The notes under the pieces are model-generated. The model was not told the origin of the DNA. It made no database searches and was given only the letters and a program-made list of their open reading frames with translations. The translations under genes and the position numbers were made by a program. A stretch of 21,898 nucleotides of DNA, taken from Phycisphaeraceae bacterium. GTDB taxonomy: Bacteria; Planctomycetota; Phycisphaerae; Phycisphaerales; Zrk34. The stretch spans positions 1 to 21,898 of the forward strand of contig JBBDRF010000065.1 of assembly GCA_040905565.1 (NCBI GenBank), read 5' to 3'. This document shows, piece after piece, positions 15,295-21,898 of this stretch; the stretch's first letter is position 1; the number at the start of each line of letters is the position of its first letter.

Positions 15295-17271
15295 TCAGGC
15301 GTAGGAGTGCAGCCCCGCGAGCAGCAGGTTCACGCCCCAGTGTGTCCAAATCATCATGAAGAAGCCGAGCACGCTCATCCAGGCCGTCACCAGCCCCCTG
15401 CGTTTCACCGCGACGCGTAGGTGAACGGCGACGAGGAAGACGATCCACAGAATCAATGCCCACGTCTCCTTCGGATCCCACGCCCACCAGCGGCCCCACG
15501 AATGGTCCGCCCAGTACGCGCCGAGCAGGATACCCACTGCGAGCAGCCAGAAGACCATCTGGATCACGACCATCTGCGCCTGGTCCAGATCGTTCAGCAT
15601 GGCAGCGCGGCCACGCGTCTTGGGCCCGGCTTCGTTGGCGGGGTCGTCATCGCCCGTGGCCCCGCCGCCGCCTGTGACCTCGGCGAAGCTGCTCTGGTGC
15701 AGGCCCGCGTTGGCGAGCTTCAGGGTGTGCTCGCTGCTGGAGTAGTGGGTGATGAGGTAGAAGATGCTCAGGATCAGTGCCAACGCGATGAGTGCGTAGG
15801 AGATGATCATGATGTTCACGTGGACGTAGAGAATGTTACTCGTCGCGAGGATGCCGGCGACGGGCGCCACGTCGGACGAGGGGATCGGCACCTGGTTGGC
15901 GACCATGAGCATGATCGCGGAGATCGCCGAGGCGGCGGCTGCGTAAATCCACTGCCGCTTGACCAGCAGCAGGATCAGCCCGGCGAGGGCAGCGAACCAC
16001 GTGAGCATGAAGAACGATTCGAACTGGTTATGGATCGTCCACCACCGGTCGGAAAGTGCGATGCGTGCGACCAGCCCCAGCGTGTGCATGATGAAGGCGA
16101 TGCTGAGGAACACCCCGCCGGTGAGCAACGCTTTGTTCCACCCCGCTGCGAAGGCCAGCATCAACGCCACGAACGCCACGAAGTAGGCCAGGTAGGCGTA
16201 CGTGAAACGGTTGGTGATGTTGTACAGGTACTCCACGTTCCGCTTGAGCTCCCCGGGATACGTTCCCGGGTTCACCTGCGGCAGCGCGGCTGCGAGTTCT
16301 TCCACCAGCGCATTAACTTCGACGGCGTTACCACGCTGCCAGTGGCGTGCGAGATCGCGGAAAATCTGGATGACCTCGGCGTTCAGCTCCGCGTTGCCGC
16401 CGTAGTTCGCCAGCTGCGTCACGGCTCCCTGTCGCGCCTCGGCCCGCTCGTCGCCGTCGCTTGCTGCCAGCTCGCGCAGGTGTGGCCAGCGGTCGTCGTT
16501 CGGGGCGGGCGAGACAAGCATCAGCGTGTTGCCGGCGTTCATGTAAGTCTGGGCGGCCATCATCACGGTGTTGAACTGCTTGGCGCGGATGGATTGACGC
16601 TGAAACGGCGCGAGCGCCTCCTGGACGGCGGGATGGAAAAACAGGCGCGGCGCGACGCGACCTTCCTGCATCACCCGCTCCTGCTCATCGTCCGGCAGCC
16701 CCGTCGCCACGGCCCGACGCAGATCGACATGCGAGACGAAAAGCAGCGGCCGTTCGATGTAGTAGTCGCCGTTGAGCACGAGGTCCATGAACGTGAAAAG
16801 CGAGTCGTAACGCCGCTCGTCCACTTCCGGATCCCGTTGCACGTCGATGGTCGCCACGCCGTTTTCGTCGGCGGGGCCGACGCGATAGCGCGGGTCGCCT
16901 GCGGGGCGTTCGTAGCGGCTTCGGCCGTGAATGTTCTGAACCGTCTCGCGCGCCAGCGTATCGAGAATCTTCGCTCGGCCGCCATGGAACACCGCCAGTT
17001 TGCGGAGAGGCGAGAGGTCGACGGCGTCGGCGAACGCATCGTGTTCGCGGACCGAGAGCAACTCATCCTGCGACTTCTGCCCGAGTTCAGGCACGATATC
17101 GCCGAGTTCGCCCTGGCCCGGCTGCTGAGCGCCGCCGCCGCCGCCCTGTGAATAAGGCTGCTGATTGCCGGCCGGTCCCGGCGCTCCGCCGCCGTACTGC
17201 GCGAGTGCGGGCAAAGCGGCGAGGAAAACGATGGCCACGAGGGCGAGCAACGTTGCGGGGGCCATACGCAT
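15295..17271 (-). CDS. ccsA: Cytochrome c biogenesis System II protein CcsA/ResC with N-terminal periplasmic domain
   Basis: WWD motif WADHSWGRWWAWDPKETW, His in LYVHV and C-terminal GLHSYA, multiple TM helices. SD AGGAG 7 nt before ATG 17271; alternative start 17307. Confidence 0.93.
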   Translation of the reverse strand: MRMAPATLLALVAIVFLAALPALAQYGGGAPGPAGNQQPYSQGGGGGAQQPGQGELGDIVPELGQKSQDELLSVREHDAFADAVDLSPLRKLAVFHGGRAKILDTLARETVQNIHGRSRYERPAGDPRYRVGPADENGVATIDVQRDPEVDERRYDSLFTFMDLVLNGDYYIERPLLFVSHVDLRRAVATGLPDDEQERVMQEGRVAPRLFFHPAVQEALAPFQRQSIRAKQFNTVMMAAQTYMNAGNTLMLVSPAPNDDRWPHLRELAASDGDERAEARQGAVTQLANYGGNAELNAEVIQIFRDLARHWQRGNAVEVNALVEELAAALPQVNPGTYPGELKRNVEYLYNITNRFTYAYLAYFVAFVALMLAFAAGWNKALLTGGVFLSIAFIMHTLGLVARIALSDRWWTIHNQFESFFMLTWFAALAGLILLLVKRQWIYAAAASAISAIMLMVANQVPIPSSDVAPVAGILATSNILYVHVNIMIISYALIALALILSIFYLITHYSSSEHTLKLANAGLHQSSFAEVTGGGGATGDDDPANEAGPKTRGRAAMLNDLDQAQMVVIQMVFWLLAVGILLGAYWADHSWGRWWAWDPKETWALILWIVFLVAVHLRVAVKRRGLVTAWMSVLGFFMMIWTHWGVNLLLAGLHSYA

Positions 17272-17361
17272 GGGTCCGCTCCTGTCTCGGTAAAGCTGGT
17301 TCATCATGATGTCTGCAAGTCGTTTGAAGGAGAGGGTTCTTTAGTTCGCCGCTGAGTTGGC

Positions 17362-20025
17362 TCAGACGGAGGAGTGATCGTGCGGGCGTGATCGATTCGA
17401 AGCTTCGGGGTCGGCCTTGGCGTCGGCGCGGCCGTTCACCGCAGCCGGTTCCGCGGTTTCGCCGGTCTTGGCGTCGGCCTGTTGCTTGGCCGCTGCCAGT
17501 TCCGCCTGAATCTTACGCTTGCGGGCACGGAGGATGGCCGGCTTCACGTAGAACGCCCACGGGATGCCGATCGACATCAGCACCGCTCCGAACGCGATGA
17601 AGCGGATCGCTGCGTTGTTGCCGATGCCCAGCCCCGTGAACGCCTGGTTCTGCGGGTCCCATTCAGCCTGGCTTACCTTGATCTTGCCGAGCGCCAGGTA
17701 GTCCACGAAGCCAAGCTCGCGGTCTTCGCCGAGGAAGCGGTTCGGCTCGCCGGATAGCGCCTGAGTCAACGGCAGCCCGCGCACCACCATCGGGTTGTTC
17801 AGCTGCGTTTTGCCCATCTCCGTCGTGCCGTCGTCGTAGGTCACACGCAGCGTCGAAATGTAATCCTTCGGGATCGGGTTATCTGTCTGCCCCGTGCCTT
17901 CATAGGGGATCATCTCAAAATCGACCAGCTCCAGCGAGAACGGAAGCCGCTCGCGCACTCGGCCGAACTTCACCTCAATCTCGCCGAAGCCCGGCACGTG
18001 GAAAGTCTCCGGCCGAATGTGCGACGTCGCGTGCTCGATGTAACGCATGTGCGCCAGCCATTCGCGATGATGGTAATCGCCGTACCGCACATCCACGGGC
18101 AAAGCGGCGTGAAGATAGATGCCTTCTTCGCTGGCGGTCCGCTCCTCCTGTGGCACCGGTTCGGGCACGTGGTACTTCTCAGCGTAAGGCACAAAATCCT
18201 CGACGGTGATCTCTACGACTCCGCCCAGCGTCACGCCCTCGCCGATCTCGACCGGTTCGACCTGGACCATCCCCCCCGGCAGCCGGTAGACCAGCGACAG
18301 GTCATCAGGCTCCGCCCCCTCAGCCCGCACAGCTGTCAGCTTGATCCGCGACGCATCGATGTACGTCACGTTGATCTCCGGATTCGGCGGCACACGCTGA
18401 GGCTGCCCGCCGTCCGCGCCCGGCAGGAAATCCTGCGTCAGCTGCGGATACGGATCGATCGCCCAGCGCTGATAGCCCGGCCCGTCAGGCGGATCAATCA
18501 ACACCACAGCCGCCGACGGCTCAGCACCCTGGAACCCTTCGGTCGCCACCGGGAACGGGTACTGCGCCATCACCTGTTCGACGGTGAGGCTGTAGCCGGT
18601 GTCGCCGACGGTGATGCGCTGGCCCTGCTGCTCCACGGTGTAAACCTCGCGGAAATCCTCGCCCGGCACTTCGACGATCAACGCATGTCGGCCCTTGGTG
18701 GGGGTGGTCAGCGCTTCCATCCATGCGTCATCGACGTCAGTAAAGAACGCCAGGTCCAGCGACGGGATGCGCGCGACCCGTCCCGCCGGATCGTTCGCAG
18801 GTAGAGCGAATTCGCGCTCGCCACCTTCCACGCTCATCCGGAAGGTCAGGATCGGATTATCCGCATGCGGGCCGGGGCCGATGGCGTTGCGCCAGTCGTC
18901 GCGAAGCTCGGCATAGGCGTAGAAGCCGGGGATGGTGACCTCGACCTCGTCGCCGAAAACTTCCTGGAACTTTTCGTTCTCGTGCAGGTGCAGCTCGAAA
19001 TTGTGCTCATCAGAATCCGGCGCGTAATCGTTATAACGCGGCAGCTCAGGCAGCGGGATCTGGATCTCCTTGCCGTCGTGCGTCAGGAAAATCGCAGGCC
19101 GATTGCGGTCGTAAAAGTAAGCGGCAGGCTCGCCTCGGAAACGCGGCTTGAACAGGACCACGTCGCCCTCTTTCTTCAGCGAGCCGTACACCATCGACCC
19201 CAGCGCGATGATGATGATGCCGCTGTGCACGGTCAGCACGCCGATGTTCACGAACTTGAACTCGATGCGGCGGATGGTCGCCACGATCAGGTTCGCCACG
19301 AAGATGCCGAGGATCAGCTGGAACGGCCACCAGGAGTAGAACTCCAGCTCGGTCATCTCAAACGGCCGCAGCCGATAGAGCGTCGTCGCGCCGAACTCAC
19401 GGGAGAAATCGGAGAACAGATCCACCCGCGCAATGCCCGGGTAGATCACATACACAAGCATCGCCACGGCCGACGCCAGCGCCAGCACCGCGAAAGTGGC
19501 AGCGAGGACGGCCTGCGTTTCGACCCTCTTGTTTCGCGCCAGTCGCATGCCCAGCAGGCCTGCCGGGGCGACCACGGCTGCGACCACCGCCACGCCCAGC
19601 AGCCCGGCGAACAGGTAGGCCACCGCTTGGGGAATCATGTTGCTCTGCGCCGTCAGCACTTCGGGTGAGTAGCCCCACCAGCCCTGCACCGAAAGGAGGT
19701 AAGCCAAGAACGCTGCGATGGGGATGATCACCAGCCACAGCGGCGCGATCTTGTCAAGCTTTTTGCCCCGGCTCAGGTACGCGCCGAGCATGCACAACGG
19801 CACGAAGGGCACGAGGATGAGCAGCAGAAAACCCAGGCCCTGCATCGTAACGGCGGGGATCTGGGCGATCGTGCCGATGGGCACACTGGTGAGCGTGCCG
19901 TAGAGGCAGACGGTGGTCAGCAGGATGACCGCCAGCGTAATGCTGCTGAAGATGCGGAGGATCCAACGGATCGGCGGCCAAAGGGCTTCGTCCTGCTTCT
20001 TGATTCTCTGGTATTTCAGGCTCAT
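17362..20025 (-). CDS. ccsB: Cytochrome c biogenesis System II protein CcsB/ResB-like
   Basis: FSSITLAVILL, FYSWWPF, TM His LTVHSGIIIIALGS, large periplasmic domain, LPFSLELVDF...PKDYIS...LNNP, C-terminal TM. Directly upstream of ccsA. Confidence 0.85.
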   Translation of the reverse strand: MSLKYQRIKKQDEALWPPIRWILRIFSSITLAVILLTTVCLYGTLTSVPIGTIAQIPAVTMQGLGFLLLILVPFVPLCMLGAYLSRGKKLDKIAPLWLVIIPIAAFLAYLLSVQGWWGYSPEVLTAQSNMIPQAVAYLFAGLLGVAVVAAVVAPAGLLGMRLARNKRVETQAVLAATFAVLALASAVAMLVYVIYPGIARVDLFSDFSREFGATTLYRLRPFEMTELEFYSWWPFQLILGIFVANLIVATIRRIEFKFVNIGVLTVHSGIIIIALGSMVYGSLKKEGDVVLFKPRFRGEPAAYFYDRNRPAIFLTHDGKEIQIPLPELPRYNDYAPDSDEHNFELHLHENEKFQEVFGDEVEVTIPGFYAYAELRDDWRNAIGPGPHADNPILTFRMSVEGGEREFALPANDPAGRVARIPSLDLAFFTDVDDAWMEALTTPTKGRHALIVEVPGEDFREVYTVEQQGQRITVGDTGYSLTVEQVMAQYPFPVATEGFQGAEPSAAVVLIDPPDGPGYQRWAIDPYPQLTQDFLPGADGGQPQRVPPNPEINVTYIDASRIKLTAVRAEGAEPDDLSLVYRLPGGMVQVEPVEIGEGVTLGGVVEITVEDFVPYAEKYHVPEPVPQEERTASEEGIYLHAALPVDVRYGDYHHREWLAHMRYIEHATSHIRPETFHVPGFGEIEVKFGRVRERLPFSLELVDFEMIPYEGTGQTDNPIPKDYISTLRVTYDDGTTEMGKTQLNNPMVVRGLPLTQALSGEPNRFLGEDRELGFVDYLALGKIKVSQAEWDPQNQAFTGLGIGNNAAIRFIAFGAVLMSIGIPWAFYVKPAILRARKRKIQAELAAAKQQADAKTGETAEPAAVNGRADAKADPEASNRSRPHDHSSV

Positions 20026-20128
20026 ATATCGTGGACCGGTTTGTATTCAGGAGGGGGAGGCGAGTTCTGGTACGTCAACGATCGCGCGAAGGATCGTGGA
20101 CACGTGCTGATTTCGCCGAGGTTTTTGA

Positions 20129-20134
20129 ATTATA
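20129..20134 (-). promoter_or_regulatory. Putative -10 box TATAAT for ccsB-ccsA
   Basis: Perfect TATAAT on the minus strand about 100 nt upstream of ccsB. Confidence 0.45.
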
Positions 20135-20156
20135 CGGTGGGCCTATACGCGCTATT

Positions 20157-21059
20157 CTAGTCGTTCTGGAAGGAAAAAGCCCCTAATTGTTCCAGCATCC
20201 GCCCGAGTGCCTGTGTGCCCTCGCCGCCCAGGCCGTTGGCGACGGCGGCGCGGAAAAGGTCGGAGACGACCGAGGTGCCCGGCATCGGCAGGCCGAGGCG
20301 CTTGGCTTCGTCGCTGACGATGCTCAGGTCCTTGTCGATCAGGTCGATCATGAAGCCCGGCGCGGTGTCGCCCTTGGCCAGTCGCGGGCCGAGGTTGCTC
20401 AGCTGCCACGACCCGGCTGCGCCCTGCTCGGTCACCGCGATCATGTTAGCGATGTCCAATCCTTCCTTGGCCGCGAGCCCCATCGCTTCGCAGACGCCGA
20501 GCAGGTTCAACGCCACCATCACCTGGTTGCACGCCTTGCAGGCCTGTCCGGTTCCGTGCGCACCGACGTGGGTGACGGTCTTTCCCACGACCTCGAGAAA
20601 CGGCTGACAACGGCGAAAAACCGCTTCTTTGCCACCCACCATGATGGCCAAAGTTCCCGCTTTTGCGCCGACATCGCCGCCTGAGACCGGGGCGTCGAGC
20701 ATCTCGATCTCCTGGGCCGCTAGGCGGTCGGCAAAACGGCGGGTGGCGTCGGGGCTGATCGTGGAATGGTCGACGATCACCATGCCTGCGGTGTCACCGG
20801 GATTGCCCGCGACGATGCCGTGCCGACCGAAGATAACTTCTTCAACATCAGTAGTATTGGTGACGTTCACGCAGATCGCTTCGACGTGCTCGGCAAGGTC
20901 GGCAGGGGTGTCGGCCCAGCGTGCGCCGCTGTCGAGCAGGGGCTGAGCCTTCTCGGCGGTGCGGTTCCAGACGGTCAGTTCGTAGCTGGCGTCGAGCAGG
21001 TTCTTCGCCATGGGCAGACCCATGATGCCGAGGCCGACGTATCCGATGCGTTTGATCAT
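20157..21059 (-). CDS. NAD(P)-dependent beta-hydroxyacid dehydrogenase (3-hydroxyisobutyrate dehydrogenase / tartronate semialdehyde reductase family)
   Basis: IGYVGLGIMGLPMAKNL, WNRT, DHSTISP, LDAPVSGGDVGAKAGTLAIMVGG, GQACKACNQ, KDL. Confidence 0.93.
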   Translation of the reverse strand: MIKRIGYVGLGIMGLPMAKNLLDASYELTVWNRTAEKAQPLLDSGARWADTPADLAEHVEAICVNVTNTTDVEEVIFGRHGIVAGNPGDTAGMVIVDHSTISPDATRRFADRLAAQEIEMLDAPVSGGDVGAKAGTLAIMVGGKEAVFRRCQPFLEVVGKTVTHVGAHGTGQACKACNQVMVALNLLGVCEAMGLAAKEGLDIANMIAVTEQGAAGSWQLSNLGPRLAKGDTAPGFMIDLIDKDLSIVSDEAKRLGLPMPGTSVVSDLFRAAVANGLGGEGTQALGRMLEQLGAFSFQND

Positions 21060-21069
21060 AACCGCTTCC

Positions 21070-21897
21070 CTATGTTAATCTTGAAAGTGGCGATTGTAGG
21101 TCTGCGCGGGGGTGAAGGGTGCGGACCTCGGGCGGGTGGTCCGCAGCGAGGATCTGCTCGAGCGGATCGCCGTCATGATCATAACGCACGGCTATCAAAC
21201 CTGCTGTAGCGCCGGGCGTAAAGGTTCCGTCGTCCGGATTCAACCCCAATGCTTGCAGGCCGTTGACGGTCGCCATCTTCAGCAGGAGGTCGGGGTCGGT
21301 GTGGTCACGCTGGTAGAGGTGGCGCATCTCGTCGAGGATGCTGAGTGAGCCGTGGCAGAGGATGGAATCTGTGCCGAGGCAGACGTTTACGGCTGCCTGA
21401 AGCATGTCGCGGTAGCGGTGCCGGCGATGTCCGAAGTAGTCCGACGCCCGGGGGCAGTAGGCGACGGACCACTGCCGACGTGCGAGCGTGGCGATGTGGG
21501 CGTCATCGACGTAATTGCAGTGGGCGCAGAGCCATCGGGCGGATTCGAGGGGCGAGCACGCGTCGAGCCAGTCGACGGGGTGGAGACCGTTGCCGTAGAA
21601 GGAGGCGACCTCGGGCGTCCACTTACCCAACTGGGTGAGAAAATCGCGGAAGGGGCCGGCACCTTCGGCTGTAAGCTCTTGCTCTTCCAGTGTTTCGGCA
21701 AGGTGGGTGCAGATGGGGGTTCGCTGCGCGGCCGCTTCGCGCGCCACCGCAGCATAGAGGCTGGGGTGGGCGGAGTAGGGGGCGTGGGGCTGCCGGCCTT
21801 GGGTAATCTTCCCGGCGTTTTTCGCGGCGGGCAAAGGTGGGGGGGGGGGCCGAAGTGTTAGTGGTAGCTGCCGCCGGTGTGTGGGCCGGTTTGGCGG
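21070..21897 (-). CDS. Metal-dependent amidohydrolase (deaminase-like), 5'-truncated by the window edge
   Basis: PHAPYS, THLAET, AHCN, YCPRAS, LGTDS, MATVNG. Frame stays open to the window end, but the last ~100 nt look degraded. Confidence 0.85.
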   Translation of the reverse strand, partial: PPNRPTHRRQLPLTLRPPPPPLPAAKNAGKITQGRQPHAPYSAHPSLYAAVAREAAAQRTPICTHLAETLEEQELTAEGAGPFRDFLTQLGKWTPEVASFYGNGLHPVDWLDACSPLESARWLCAHCNYVDDAHIATLARRQWSVAYCPRASDYFGHRRHRYRDMLQAAVNVCLGTDSILCHGSLSILDEMRHLYQRDHTDPDLLLKMATVNGLQALGLNPDDGTFTPGATAGLIAVRYDHDGDPLEQILAADHPPEVRTLHPRADLQSPLSRLT

Positions 21898-21898
21898 G

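Noticed and set aside
14933..15304. Small ORFs 14933-15256 (-) and 15074-15304 (+)
   Set aside because: They span the inverted-repeat block and have no protein-like features.
21790..21898. Aberrant Pro-rich N-terminal part of the amidohydrolase and an 11-G run (21839-21849) as a phase-variation tract or pseudogene
   Set aside because: It lies at the very end of the window where protein similarity collapses. Low-quality contig-end sequence is more likely; read-level data are needed.

Overview
GC-rich bacterial chromosomal segment, most likely Planctomycetota and probably Phycisphaerae. This is inferred from the RpoA N-terminus RWRGLELP, an IPAP-type exosortase tail and a Tat-exported Gfo/Idh/MocA protein. 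Gene order: rpoA (5'-truncated), rplQ, a CPXCG Cys-rich protein, UDP-glucuronate decarboxylase, a SprT-like protease, iscA, iscS, an orphan exbD, a PEP-CTERM-like surface protein, a BacNav-type voltage-gated cation channel, a hypothetical, argF, argB, a beta-barrel protein, fabI, an HEXXH peptidase, a Gfo/Idh/MocA oxidoreductase, a System II cytochrome c maturation pair (ccsA, ccsB/resB), a 3-hydroxyacid dehydrogenase and a truncated amidohydrolase. No transposase, integrase, CRISPR array, rRNA or tRNA was seen. The notable signals are mostly intergenic. (1) Two ~131-bp palindromic elements have arms arranged A-core-B'...B-core-A' around a 1.3-kb two-gene cargo, with perfect 27-bp outer inverted repeats. 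(2) A nested REP/REPIN-like inverted-repeat block lies at 15.0-15.3 kb. (3) A dispersed 22-nt hairpin family shows compensatory base changes. (4) GG-TAnnnT -10 boxes recur, some implying leaderless mRNAs. At protein level, the channel has the TLEDWTD selectivity filter and CcsB has an apparently duplicated transmembrane-hairpin insertion. All calls come from reading the sequence; no database searches were run.
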